64,000 nucleotides of DNA from Tortispora ganteri (taxonomy: Eukaryota): positions 1 through 64,000 of the forward strand of contig PPNB01000030.1 in NCBI GenBank assembly GCA_003707115.1, written 5' to 3'. Position 1 is the first letter of the stretch, and the number at the start of each line of letters is the position of its first letter. The notes beneath the pieces were generated by a model that saw only the letters and a program-made list of their open reading frames with translations, ran no database searches and had not been told where the DNA came from. Shown in pieces: positions 22,888 to 34,220 of this stretch. Both the position numbers and the translations under genes were made by a program.

Positions 22888-25800
22888 TTACTCGTTTGTA
22901 GGTATCTTTACAGTATTCACTTTCTTTGGACGATAGAGTTTCAGTGCCAAAGAGCTCAAAATAACAGACACAGAGCTCATGGCCATAGCCAGAGCCGCCC
23001 ATTCAGGCGACAGTCTCGTATTACGGTATGGATATAACACTCCAGCCGCAATAGGAATACCTATTATATTGTAGACACCTGCCCATACAAAATTGAACTT
23101 CACGCGCCTGAATACTACCTTCGAGATATCAATAAGTGTTAGCACACTGGTAAGGTTCGACTGTATAAGCACAAACTTGGCAGAAGCAACTGCAACGTCT
23201 GCTCCTGATCCAATAGCAATTCCCACATCTGACGCTGTAAGAGACGGCGCGTCATTAATTCCATCACCAACCATTGCCACAATTGACCTCTTGTTGGTCT
23301 TTCCGGCTCGCTGCAGATATGTGACTTTGTCAGCTTTATCGGTTGGCAGCACTTCAGCAAGAATTCGCTCTTCCGGTATACCAACTTTCTGGCCAATGGA
23401 TATCGCTGTCTTCCTGCTGTCGCCCGTTATCATCCACACCTCTATACCCATCTCGTTCAGTCTCTGGACCACATGTTTCGCTTCTTTGCGCAGAGTGTCG
23501 GCAATAGCAAACATCAATATCAGCCTGTACTCGTCACCCTCTTTACGCGCAACAAACACAACTGAACACCCCTCATCTTTTTCCACATCGATCTTTGCTC
23601 TCCATTCGGAAGATATATCAACATTATGATCCGCTAGTATCTTCTCGTTGCCAATAATCACCTCTTTGGTGCCATGATCTCCCTTGCCTTTACCCTTTAT
23701 GCCTTTGCCGCGTACTTCCTCTGTCATTTCGTACTTTGTCGTCTCAATAAAACTCTGACTGTCCGCATACTGACAGATTGCCTTACCGAGCGGATGTGTA
23801 GACATAAGTTCTAAGTCTCGCGCTATCTGCACTCCGTCAGCAAAACTGTCCGGTTCCATCTTCAGAACGTTTCGCACTGTCGGGTTGCCGCCTTCCGTGA
23901 GGGTGCCTGTTTTATCGAACGCCATTATATCTATATTCGAGGCCTCCTGGAAAGCATCTCCTCCGCCTCTAGCAATTATACCGTGTTTAGCGGCGAGTCC
24001 AGATCCCACAAATAAGGCTGTAGGCGCAGCCAGGCCAATACCGCAGGGGCATGCAATCACAAAAACTGCTATACAAAACTGCAAAGACCAAACTGTCCAT
24101 CCACCAATATCAATATCAAGATAAGATTGTGGCAGTTTGCCTGTTTCAGCTAGTCCAAGCCATATAAACCATGTGAGAAGAGCCAACAGGCAGACAACCG
24201 GCACAAAATAACCGGTCAATACGTCAGCGAACCTTTCTATTGGAGCGCGTTTCAATTGGCCTTCTTGCACAGCGCTTACAATAGAGTCCAAAAGAGTGCC
24301 TCCATGAGCAGCTATGATTTTAGCTTCTATAGGTTGTCCCCCGACATTCATAGTGCCGGCGAACACGGTGTCATTTCGTTTCTTTTCGCACGGTAGAGAC
24401 TCGCCTGTAATCGTGGACTCATCAAACTCCGACTCTCCAGATATAATAACAGCATCTGCTGGAGGTGACATGCCTGGTAGTATCTTGATGATGTCTCCGA
24501 TATCTATTAGGTCAATGGGCACTTCTTTATTGTCACCTTGTTCGGTCGCTAATAGTGCTGTCTTCGGTCGCAGTTTCTTCAACATCGAGACTGCAGACGC
24601 AGTCTTTGCTTTTGCCGTGGCCTCTAGCTGGCGTCCAATAAGCAAAAACATTGTCAAGAAGTTTACTGAATCAAAATACTGCGTGCCAATACCCGTATTG
24701 CTAGTCGCTGGTGTCTGTGCAATGAGGATAAGAGTCGCAATGGAGCAAATGTAAGATATAGTTGTTCCTAGAGACATTAGCAGGTCCATGGAACCAAACT
24801 TGAATAGTCTGCGTCGCCATTTGTTCTTGTATCGCCATAGACTATATATCTCTTTGAGAGCTTTCCTGTGGAAGATGTCGGCAGCGAAGAAATAAGCGGG
24901 TGTAGCAATGAACAGCATAGCCCATGTCGCACGCGGGACGCTGCCGGCCCAGATTGGTTCCATTAAATACATTCTTGTTGGAGAAGAAGATCTGAGAAGA
25001 CCCATACCTACTACTCCGATTACGAAAGCAGGGATTGCGCACACAACAGCGAGAATGAGTCTGTACATCAGCGCCTTGCGTTCTTTACGAGCCATTATCT
25101 TGACTCGTTCATCCAGTGACAAAAGATGCACAATTGTGACGGTAAACTGTGGTGATATAGTAGATATAGAGTCTATTATCTGCCGTATTGTGAACTCTGG
25201 GGCATGCGGAATGTATGAGATTTTTATCTGTGGGTTGTGTGCTGAGAAATGCTTATCGGAAAACTGTATATTATCGCCAAATGATTTCAATGCACGTAAG
25301 ACATTCTTTGGACATTGATCGCAGAACATTCCACTGATATTGAGCATTACTGTTCTTGGTTTGTTCTTAACAGCCAGTTCATTTGATTTTGTCACTGTAG
25401 GTTCGCCAGGTTCGTATCCGCAGTCCTTGATGATCTGTAAAACGTGTTTAACCATATCTTCGCTAGTTACTGTGAACTTTCCTGAATTAGTTACAAGACT
25501 TATTTGGGCCGGTATATTCTGCATAGCAAACGCAGATGTAAGGTTGTTAACGCATGAAGCGCAAGTCATACCGACAATTGGTACCGAGACAGTTAACTCT
25601 TTAGGTGCATCAGTTTGCAAGATTTCAACAATTTCTGCGTCATATCCTATATCTTTGATAGCATTGAGCACGGTCTGCGCGGTAAGTTTGTTGGATAACA
25701 GTACTGTAGCAGATTGGCCGATCAGGTCAACTCCAGATTCTATTACTGTAGGTACAGATTTGATAGCGGCGGTAATTGCATTGGAGCAGGATGCACAAGT

Positions 25801-26181
25801 CATACCTGATATTCCAAACACTACGCGGTATATTTTGTCTGTATTCGAAGACATTGATTTAAATGCAGGAACAGATTCATCATTTGCGCGTGTTAGACCT
25901 TCTTTACAAGAGTGACATATTCGCTTGTGACGATGATTTCTTATCCATGAAGATGGATAATAATGACTTTTTGCATCAGTCAATGAACTCTCAAACCCAG
26001 CTTTTGAAAGAGCTTTATTCAATATTGATGGTGTTATTGACAGATCATGTGAAACTGTGACAGAATGATCATCTCCAATATCGACATGATCCACACCCGG
26101 AAATTCATATAAGAGTTTTCGAATAGCTGTCTCACAAGATGAACAGTGTATATTAGTAATAACAAATTGATCAGTATTCAT
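22888..26181 (-). CDS. P1B-type (Cu-transporting) ATPase with four HMA domains
   Basis: CSSC, two MTCASC and MFCDQC metal-binding motifs; TGES, CPC, DKTGTLT, HP, GDGINDAP, YN and MAMSS. Ccc2 versus CrpA-type orthology is not resolved. Confidence 0.93.
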   Translation of the reverse strand: MNTDQFVITNIHCSSCETAIRKLLYEFPGVDHVDIGDDHSVTVSHDLSITPSILNKALSKAGFESSLTDAKSHYYPSSWIRNHRHKRICHSCKEGLTRANDESVPAFKSMSSNTDKIYRVVFGISGMTCASCSNAITAAIKSVPTVIESGVDLIGQSATVLLSNKLTAQTVLNAIKDIGYDAEIVEILQTDAPKELTVSVPIVGMTCASCVNNLTSAFAMQNIPAQISLVTNSGKFTVTSEDMVKHVLQIIKDCGYEPGEPTVTKSNELAVKNKPRTVMLNISGMFCDQCPKNVLRALKSFGDNIQFSDKHFSAHNPQIKISYIPHAPEFTIRQIIDSISTISPQFTVTIVHLLSLDERVKIMARKERKALMYRLILAVVCAIPAFVIGVVGMGLLRSSSPTRMYLMEPIWAGSVPRATWAMLFIATPAYFFAADIFHRKALKEIYSLWRYKNKWRRRLFKFGSMDLLMSLGTTISYICSIATLILIAQTPATSNTGIGTQYFDSVNFLTMFLLIGRQLEATAKAKTASAVSMLKKLRPKTALLATEQGDNKEVPIDLIDIGDIIKILPGMSPPADAVIISGESEFDESTITGESLPCEKKRNDTVFAGTMNVGGQPIEAKIIAAHGGTLLDSIVSAVQEGQLKRAPIERFADVLTGYFVPVVCLLALLTWFIWLGLAETGKLPQSYLDIDIGGWTVWSLQFCIAVFVIACPCGIGLAAPTALFVGSGLAAKHGIIARGGGDAFQEASNIDIMAFDKTGTLTEGGNPTVRNVLKMEPDSFADGVQIARDLELMSTHPLGKAICQYADSQSFIETTKYEMTEEVRGKGIKGKGKGDHGTKEVIIGNEKILADHNVDISSEWRAKIDVEKDEGCSVVFVARKEGDEYRLILMFAIADTLRKEAKHVVQRLNEMGIEVWMITGDSRKTAISIGQKVGIPEERILAEVLPTDKADKVTYLQRAGKTNKRSIVAMVGDGINDAPSLTASDVGIAIGSGADVAVASAKFVLIQSNLTSVLTLIDISKVVFRRVKFNFVWAGVYNIIGIPIAAGVLYPYRNTRLSPEWAALAMAMSSVSVILSSLALKLYRPKKVNTVKIPTNE

Positions 26182-26759
26182 GTGGCGTTATAGGAAGATT
26201 CCAAATTGAAAATTTGGAAAATATATATGATCTGCGCGACTTTCGCGCATTAGAATCTAAAAGAGTTTTTTGATGATGTAATACAATATTCAAAATTTAA
26301 AAATCTAACAAGGTCAAGATCTAAAAAAATAAAATAAATAAAATAAATATTCTTTTTAAATATGAATTACTTTAATCGATTAACAATTTTGTTTTGAATA
26401 TTTTAATGTCAAGTTTCAAAGTATTATGGTCAAAACAGTTTGACTGTTTCACATGAAATATAAATAAGGTTTTATGAAATACAAATAACGTTAAAAAAAA
26501 TCAGATTACTTCTCATATCGATGAATTTACAAACACTATTAATAATAAATCTGTATTTGCTATTCATAATTATAAATTTCTTTTGTAATTATAAACAGCA
26601 ACTAAATAATTTTTATATTAACGATAAATCATTCCTGAATCTCTATAACATATTCTATTCCATTTTTTCAAAATAAATTCTTCGTTGCTATGAAACATAC
26701 CCTGAACCACACCTTCACCATTTTTCCATTACCCACAACACATTCATCTAATACCAAAC

Positions 26760-28340
26760 ATGGCGCCCAAAATCTGTCCAGAATGTCAGAGTACTGAGCT
26801 TGAACATGATACATTACGAAATGATTTATGTTGTAAACGATGTGGTTGTGTTGTAGAAGAAAACAATATTGTCTCGGAGATATCATTCGCCGAGAACTCG
26901 GCAGGTGCGGCAATGGTACAGGGATCTTTTATCGCCGCAGATCAGACTAGAGCCCATGGTTCGGGTGATTTCCGTAGACAAGGATCTGTTGACTCTCGTG
27001 AACAGACTCTCGCTAATGGTAAACGTCGTATAAATAATCTTGCAGTTGCTATGTCTCTGCCTGAGTATATAGCAGAAGCAGCTAATCGGCTGTTCCAACT
27101 AGCAGTTGCACAGGATTTCGTCCAAGGCCGCAAATCACAATACGTCATCGCCGCATGTCTTTATGTGGCATGTCGTAAACAGGAAAGTACTCACATGTTG
27201 ATTGACTTTGCAGATATCCTACAGGTTTCTGTATTTGCCATCGGCGCCACATACCTCAAACTTGTCCAGACTCTCGGCATAAAGAATATCCCGCTAATAG
27301 ATCCGTCCATATACATACAACGGTTTGCCTCTAAACTTGGATTTGGTACTGAAACAAACAAGGTCATGAATGATGCTGTACGTCTAGTGCAGAGAATGGG
27401 AAAAGATTGGCTACATCAAGGTCGTAGACCCGCAGGTGTCGCAGGCGCCTGTGTACTGGTCGCCGCAAGAATGAATAATTTTTGTCGCACTAAAGCTGAA
27501 GTTGTCTACGTCGCTAAAGTGGCCGAAGACACTATTCAAAGAAGACTAGACGAATTCAGATCAACAGTTGCAGGCTCTCTTACTGTGCAAGCTTTCAGAG
27601 GTACTAATATAGAGTCTGAAGCCGACCCTCCTTCTTTTACAAAACATCGTCAACGTGAACTCGAACTTGCAAAATCACAGCACGTTGTTTCAATGAATGA
27701 TGTAGAGCCGAAATCACTCTCTGCTCTAACTCAAGTAGTCTCTCAAACAAGCCAGCGCGCTGCTCTTCGTGCTGAACGTTTAAGAAGTGCCGACACGAAT
27801 GACGCCGAGACTATGGCGAGATTGGCTAAAGAAGACGAACAAGATGAAGCTGAAATAGCTGAAGAATTAGATGAAACTCTCAATGATACACAGTTTCAGT
27901 CTGTTACTCGTTCGGCTGAAGAAGAATTGCGCCATAATAGTGGCCAAACCCATTCTGGTAATGTTCTTTCTTCGTCTGCACTCGACAGTGAAGATCTCGC
28001 TGACGTCGATGATGCTGAAATTGAATCAGTGATAATGAACCCAGAAGAAGTTGAAATGAAACAACGAATCTGGACTCATATTAATAGAACTTTTTTACTG
28101 GAACAAGAAAGGAAACGTTTGAAGGAAGAATTCGAATCCGGAAATGGAATATCAAGAGCACCGAAACGTAAACGCAAAGTCAGAACTAAAAAATCTGCTC
28201 TAGATGTGCCTGCCTCTCCTGCTGAAAGCGGTAAAAGAATGCTTCAACAGCGTGTTTCTAAGAAGCTCAATTATGCTGCAATTAATGGACTGTTTAATAA
28301 ACAGCCTGATACTGTCACGCGGAGAGAAACCCGTGCTTGA
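26760..28340 (+). CDS. BRF1: TFIIIB subunit Brf1
   Basis: Zn ribbon CPEC...CKRCG, TFIIB cyclin repeats (GRKSQYVIAACLY, GRRPAG), ADPPSF, and C-terminal SKKLNY. Confidence 0.96.
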   Translation: MAPKICPECQSTELEHDTLRNDLCCKRCGCVVEENNIVSEISFAENSAGAAMVQGSFIAADQTRAHGSGDFRRQGSVDSREQTLANGKRRINNLAVAMSLPEYIAEAANRLFQLAVAQDFVQGRKSQYVIAACLYVACRKQESTHMLIDFADILQVSVFAIGATYLKLVQTLGIKNIPLIDPSIYIQRFASKLGFGTETNKVMNDAVRLVQRMGKDWLHQGRRPAGVAGACVLVAARMNNFCRTKAEVVYVAKVAEDTIQRRLDEFRSTVAGSLTVQAFRGTNIESEADPPSFTKHRQRELELAKSQHVVSMNDVEPKSLSALTQVVSQTSQRAALRAERLRSADTNDAETMARLAKEDEQDEAEIAEELDETLNDTQFQSVTRSAEEELRHNSGQTHSGNVLSSSALDSEDLADVDDAEIESVIMNPEEVEMKQRIWTHINRTFLLEQERKRLKEEFESGNGISRAPKRKRKVRTKKSALDVPASPAESGKRMLQQRVSKKLNYAAINGLFNKQPDTVTRRETRA

Positions 28341-28756
28341 TAGGTTGGTTAATGACTTGAATTTGGTTTTTATTATTATTATTATTGATGTTATATTTAT
28401 AGCGTAAATATGGGAGATTCTTTTATTTTTATATTTATAAAAATAAGTTATAAATGATTATACAATATGTCTGTAAGCATTTTGAGATTTATTAAGCTAA
28501 TCACTGCACAATAAGTGATTATTTAATCAAAGAAATATATTAAGTATAATAAAAATATAATGATTAGAAACAATAAAATGGTATGGTAAGATATCATAAT
28601 CCTTGCAACGATAACTCAAAAATAAATAATAACCAAAAATAAAGAAGAAAGAACTGCAAAAACGTGTATGAGCCTTTCACTTATGCCACATGCGTTCTAT
28701 GAAAGCAGGCAAACCTCAAACACAAGTATGCGCGCAGATTCATAAAAGTCCACTAA

Positions 28757-31700
28757 TTATATTATGAAATGTTCACTAGGAATAAAGTGATCATCATCAT
28801 TCATAGTTTCGATTCCTGACATTCTTCTAGCGCCATCTGCACCATCAACATCGTCATAGTCAAGGCTAGCATGGCCTTGACGTTGAGGCATAGGATCATT
28901 CAAGCTATCGTCGTCTTCTTCAATAAAATCCATTTCTGTGTCAAAATTACCACGTGCAGAGCGATAGTTGTAACTCATAGCAGATTCATCTACAAATGTG
29001 AATCCCTGAAAGTTGGCTTGCACTCCAGGAGAAAGCGGAGTTGATCCAGAACCAATGTAAGCTCGATTTAAAGCACTAGTAGATACACCCGTAAATTCAG
29101 GATCAAAATTAGATGTATCTGCCTCTGAGGTAACATGAGGCTTAAATGGAGGCGGAATCTTTTTCTGAAGTAACAGATTCCAATCGATGTCACTGAAAAA
29201 CGGGTGTTCACGTAGTTCTTGGGCATCATTAACCGCTCCCAGGCGGTGGTTAGGATTTCTGTTTAGAAGACCTTTGACAAGGTTACGGCCGTGACTAGAA
29301 AGCGCATCTTTAGGAAACCTCACCTTACCGAACGCAATATTTTTGTACATTTGTTGCGTATCTTCGGCATAAAATGGAGACCAACCACAGCACATTTCAA
29401 ATATAAGAACCCCTAATGACCAGAAATCAACCATTCGAGTGTACCCAGAGTCATCAAGTAGCACTTCAGGAGCCAAATACTCCGTGGTACCACAGAATGT
29501 ATTAGTTGTCATATTAGAAGGCAGGTCAGCCTTTGATAGACCAAAATCACAAAGTGCTATGTGGCCATTGGCATCTAAAAGAATGTTCTCGGGCTTCAAA
29601 TCACGATAAACGATGTTATTGGAGTGCAAATGCTGCAAAGCCAAGATCAACTCGGCAATGTAGAACTTAGCACGTTCTTCTGAGAAACGTCCTTCGCGTT
29701 GAAGATGCCAAAACAGCTCCCCTCCAGACATATAGTCAGTGACAAAGTAGAGGTCCGTAGGAGTCTGGAAAGAAAATTTCAAAGAGACTATAAAAGGAGA
29801 CACTGTGGAAGAAGTTCGAACGAGAATATTGCGCTCACCAATGGTATGTGCAATCTCCTTCTTTTGTACAATAACTTTCTTCGAAAGAACCTTCATAGCG
29901 TATATACGTTGAGTATCACGTTTACGCACTTGGTATACTTGACCAAAAGTTCCTTTACCGACTAGGCGCAAGATTTCAAAGTCATCTGGACTGTAGTGGC
30001 GCTTATTAATGGCAGTATGAGTGGTCGAAACTTTGATCTCCCCGGATACGGTATCCTCGGATGTTCTAGGAAGCAACTTGTACCAGTTCTCGTGAGATTT
30101 CTCGTCCTGAAGTTCTGGGCAAAAACGAATAAATCCTAGGAAACGGTCATTGTCATTTGAATCGTAGACTTGAATTTCAAGCTCTGAATTGGGATTTGTG
30201 ACATCAAAAGTCGCTTCGTACTTCCAGCTTGGACTTGTAGAAACGGATTGGTTTTGATGCGATTGCATTGAGGAGGTCTTGGATTTAGGTATAGCGATGG
30301 AGACCGTCCTTGAAGAGGTAGACTCGGCATCCGGAGAAGGTTTTCTACTTTCTCGGGTGGATAACGCGGCGACGCCGGAGTATGCTTCATTAGATTCAAA
30401 AGTGCACACTACATATGGTTTAGCGTCTGTTGCGGAAGTGTGGAGATCACGCGCCTCTACTATGCGGATGTAGAGTCGTCCTTTTGGAGGGGCGACGGAT
30501 TCCGTTAGCGAAACTTGAGCTTCAGAGTTGAATAATTCAGAGCCCATACCTGTGGATTCATTCAAATAAGTATTTGAGCTATTTGACAGTCTATAGTTTG
30601 AGGAGTTCTGAATATGGTTAGTAAATAGGATCGATAGACGGCTAGGACAAGGAGCTATCTGCAGAGCGGAAGTTGTTGGAAGGATATCCATTGTGTCACA
30701 AGACAGGATCACTAGAAAATTCGGCTATCTAAAGAGCGGTAATTGAGCAGGATGAAGGCAGATGAAGGAGAGAATCAGAGAGGAAAGGGGGGTAGATAGC
30801 GTTAAAGGGACCTTACAAAAGTGGCAGGCTGTGCGCAACAGGACTTACAGGGTCCATTTAGTATAGCAGCACGATCATAGACTAGGATCCAGTAAAGCTG
30901 TATATGTACCAAACAATGTTTATAAAAGCAAATTGAGGATACTATAAGCCGTGCAATTAATGTGAATAGATCGATGTCCTAAAGCAAGAAAGGGAAAGGA
31001 AAATGCAATGAGATACTTACCTGTGAGTAGATTGAAGATTTCTGATTAGAGTTAGGAGTTTTCATAGAAGAATACTCGCTGATGGAATTAGTTAGTTTCT
31101 GTTTGCTTTTATAAGCTATCGCTAATCAAGCTAAAAGCAGTCCTGCGAGTGGTAATATTCTGCGAGAAAGCGTTGCGATCGATAGGAGAATGGAAAGGGG
31201 AACTATAGTTTGGATTGGATGAGATTGGTCACCTAAGGGTTTTGGTTACCCAAAGGGGGAAGGAAGTACAGTAATAAGGGCGGCAATAAAGAAAACGACT
31301 GTGTTCGCAGTCAGAACGGGATATTCAGTATGGATTAGAGGACAAGAGTTATGAACTGTAATAAATAAAAAGATCGCCAGTCTGTAGAGCTAATTACAGC
31401 TGGTTTAGAGCAATATGGAGATGCAACTAAACGGCAGTTTGATTCGCGATAAGCGGGTATAGGTGCTCCAAGTCCCCCGGGTATTCCCAATAGGCGTACG
31501 ATAGGCAACGCCTATCCATCACCCCACATCAATAAGTGCGAGAATTCACAGTCGAGCGAGCTGCTTGGAATGAACGGACAGGAGCTTGAATTTATGGGTG
31601 ACAAGTCATAATATCACTTATTTCGCTAGCGATGCGAACGGCAATCATGGCAGAAATTGGCGCAAGAAAAGCAGAATATACTTACAGTTTAGCAAGACGA

Positions 31701-31858
31701 TCATGGGCTGACTCGTGCGAGTTATAAAGCGTGCCACAAGCCTGCTGATCTGAAGGTACTATAGGTGTCTGAGGTCGTGATACTAGAGATACATCGCAAA
31801 GTTGTTGAGAGGAAAGTGTAGTAGGGGTAAGGCAGTATTTCGCGGAGTGATCTGCCAT
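28757..31858 (-). CDS. SCH9: AGC kinase Sch9 (C2 plus kinase domain), three exons: complement(join(28757..30607,31021..31078,31686..31858)), about 693 aa
   Basis: C2 domain, GKGTFGQV, YRDLKPEN, TNTFCGTTEYLAPE and FQGFTF hydrophobic motif. Two upstream exons join in matching phase through canonical introns. Kinase identity is very secure; exon 1 is somewhat less so. Confidence 0.9.
30608..31020 (-). other. SCH9 intron 2 (413 nt, phase 0)
   Basis: CAG|GTAAGTAT donor, TACTAAC branch at 30623-30617, CAG acceptor at 30610-30608. Confidence 0.88.
31079..31685 (-). other. SCH9 intron 1 (607 nt, phase 2)
   Basis: CT|GTAAGTAT donor at 31685, AACTAAC branch at 31097-31091, CAG acceptor at 31081-31079. 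The phase matches on both sides. Confidence 0.78.
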
Positions 31859-32330
31859 TGTTGACAAAGAGATGTTTCAATGGGGTGTAATACACGAAGC
31901 GATCTGTGTGCTTAGAAAATAAATTGAACAGCGTATAAAACTAATAAAACAATGGAAAAGACATATATAGTTCAATTTCTATGTGATATGATTTGATAGA
32001 AAGTAAAATCACAATAAGAGAGCGAAGGAAAAGTGATGAGTAAAAAAAAAAAGGGAATTGATCGATTGCTCCTCTGTGTTGTAGAAGAAAGACGATTAAA
32101 GCCTAAGTTTACCTTTTTTTTTTAATAATATAAGGTTTTTTGTAACGTATACAGTACATTATTGGTCTATTACAAATTTATACTTCATCCTACTTCCTAT
32201 CTAGGTAAATTTCTAAAACCTTAAAAAATTTTGCTCTTTTGCGCGATGTTACAACCCACTCTTACTTCAGTTCTATTTTACGCTTTAATTACTAAACCCT
32301 TTACGCTATATCTAGCAGTAATTGCTAACA

Positions 32331-32831
32331 ATGCTGTTCGGCAAGTTCAATGTGTCTAGTCAGGTCTTTTACAAGACGCAGAAGTCGTTTGCCCTAGTTA
32401 ACCTCAAACCATTACTACCAGGACATGTGCTTGTTTGTCCTATACGCGTAATACCCAGAGTACACGATCTTGACTCAGAAGAGATTGCCGATTTCTACGC
32501 CACAGTCCATCGTGTAGCAGGTGTAATTGAACGTGTATATAAAGCTGATGGGTTGCAGATCGTCATACAGGATGGACCTTGTGCCGGCCAAAGCGTCTAC
32601 CATGTCCATTGCCATATCATACCGCGTCATATTAACGATCTGCCGAACGTTGACGATCTCTATACTAAGCTCAAGTCTCCTGACGCTGATCTTACGCTAC
32701 AATTTGAATTACAAAGAAATGTTTACTACTCTTCGAACCGTTCAAATATTTCCCCGGACGCTGATCGCCAGCCGCGGTCGCAGGAAGAAATGGCTAAAGA
32801 AGCACAATTCCTCGCTGGCTATTTCGTATAA
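32331..32831 (+). CDS. HNT2: Fhit-type dinucleoside triphosphate hydrolase (HIT family)
   Basis: VNLKPLLPGHVLV, QDGPCAGQSVYHVHCHIIPR, and C-terminal RSQEEMAKEA. Confidence 0.95.
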   Translation: MLFGKFNVSSQVFYKTQKSFALVNLKPLLPGHVLVCPIRVIPRVHDLDSEEIADFYATVHRVAGVIERVYKADGLQIVIQDGPCAGQSVYHVHCHIIPRHINDLPNVDDLYTKLKSPDADLTLQFELQRNVYYSSNRSNISPDADRQPRSQEEMAKEAQFLAGYFV

Positions 32832-32898
32832 ACCCCCCGTGTGCCACCCAAACCCTACTTTCGATCGACCTGCAAAAATCCTTTTCTGACGTAAAATC

Positions 32899-33939
32899 AT
32901 GGATGAAGACGATATTCCTGATCTCGTCGATACTTCAGAGACTGTCATTGATGACCGCAAAGTCCCGTTAACTATTATAACGGGTTTTTTAGGAAGTGGC
33001 AAGTCTACGCTGTTGCAGAACATCGCCGCACAGGGATCGCGCAGAATAGCTGTGATCCTCAACGAGTTTGGCGACTCAATCGACGTCGAAAAATCATTAG
33101 CTGTGCAGGATGGCGATCAGACTTATGAAGAATGGCTTGAACTTGGCAACGGCTGTCTCTGCTGTTCTGTCAAGGACACTGGCGTCGCTGCTATCGAATC
33201 CCTCATGGAAAAGAAAGGCAAATTTGACTATATTCTATTAGAAACTACAGGTCTCGCTGATCCATGTCCAATCGCAAGCATGTTCTGGCTAGATGACGCG
33301 CTTTCGTCTTCAATATACCTCGACGGAATCGTCACAGTAGTAGATTCAGGTAACATCCTTACGCAGCTCAAGGAAGATGAGACTGCCGAACTACAGATAT
33401 CAGTGGCCGACCGTATCATAGTCAACAAAACTGATTGTGTTTCAGATTTAAATGAAGTTCAATCATCGCTTTCTTCTATCAATTCTGTCGCTCCTCAGTT
33501 CTCCTGCCAATATGGTAAAATTGACGTTTCTGCTATTCTCGATCTCCAAGCTTACTCAAACGTGCCAGAGCTGCCCGATCAACTCTCAAAAAAATCTGAC
33601 CCGCATAGACATTTTACTACAACAATGATCACATTCCCTCCTTTACATTCTTTTGACGATTCTGATCCCTCATTTGAAGCTCTACGCTCGTTCCTCGACG
33701 CTGTCTCTTGGAAACTAGCCCCCTTTGCTGACTCTAAAATGCAAATACACCGCCTAAAGGGACTCTTAGTCGCTGAAGATGGAACTCAGAAGGCTTTGCA
33801 GGGCGTCAGAGAAACTTACGATATAATCAAACCTGTTACTCCTTCTTCTAGCATAACTAGCTGCAAAATAGTGCTTATTGGCAAATTCCTCGATGTCGAG
33901 CTGCTTAATTCTGTATTCAGCACTACTATGTCTCTATAA
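32899..33939 (+). CDS. ZNG1: COG0523/CobW zinc metallochaperone GTPase
   Basis: N-terminal IPDLV motif, [30 protein letters not shown] and CobW-C RLKG. Confidence 0.9.
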   Translation: MDEDDIPDLVDTSETVIDDRKVPLTIITGFLGSGKSTLLQNIAAQGSRRIAVILNEFGDSIDVEKSLAVQDGDQTYEEWLELGNGCLCCSVKDTGVAAIESLMEKKGKFDYILLETTGLADPCPIASMFWLDDALSSSIYLDGIVTVVDSGNILTQLKEDETAELQISVADRIIVNKTDCVSDLNEVQSSLSSINSVAPQFSCQYGKIDVSAILDLQAYSNVPELPDQLSKKSDPHRHFTTTMITFPPLHSFDDSDPSFEALRSFLDAVSWKLAPFADSKMQIHRLKGLLVAEDGTQKALQGVRETYDIIKPVTPSSSITSCKIVLIGKFLDVELLNSVFSTTMSL

Positions 33940-34068
33940 CATCTTCTAATGCATTTATTTATATCTCTTCTGTACTAATATATATATATATGGTGGAGTT
34001 AAACTATTTAAGTGGATATCCGTTCCCAGCCATATAAACAATATGTCCCCTAAACCCTTTAGCGAATT

Positions 34069-34141
34069 GCCTTGATGGCCAAGTTGGTAAGGCGTATCAC
34101 TAGTAATGATAAGATCGTCGGTTCGAATCCGGCTCGAGGCA
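34069..34141 (+). tRNA. tRNA-Thr(AGT)
   Basis: Acceptor stem GCCTTGA/TCGAGGC plus A, D-arm with TTGGTAA, anticodon arm TATCA-CT-AGT-AA-TGATA, GGTTCGAATCC T-loop; no intron. Confidence 0.97.
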
Positions 34142-34148
34142 TTTTTTT
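34142..34148 (+). terminator. Pol III oligo-T terminator of tRNA-Thr
   Basis: T7 run immediately after the discriminator base. Confidence 0.85.
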
Positions 34149-34220
34149 GGATACTCGTTTTTATTTTTGATTTTACATTTTCACTATTTAAATTCATTTC
34201 ATGCGCACTTCTTTTTCTTA

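Noticed and set aside
23093..25915. Long antisense ORFs (136-191 aa) opposite the Cu-ATPase, and similar ones opposite EXO84, the F-box gene and MTF1
   Set aside because: Shadow frames of real genes with no motifs of their own.
30608..30712. N-terminal 35 codons of the 651-aa SCH9 ORF call
   Set aside because: It starts at GTG and contains the TACTAAC branch and CAG acceptor, so it is intron sequence.
31013..31023. ATACTTACCTG, identical to the 5' end of U1 snRNA
   Set aside because: It is the reverse complement of the SCH9 exon 2/intron 2 donor (CAG|GTAAGTAT). No U1 loop I or Sm site follows.
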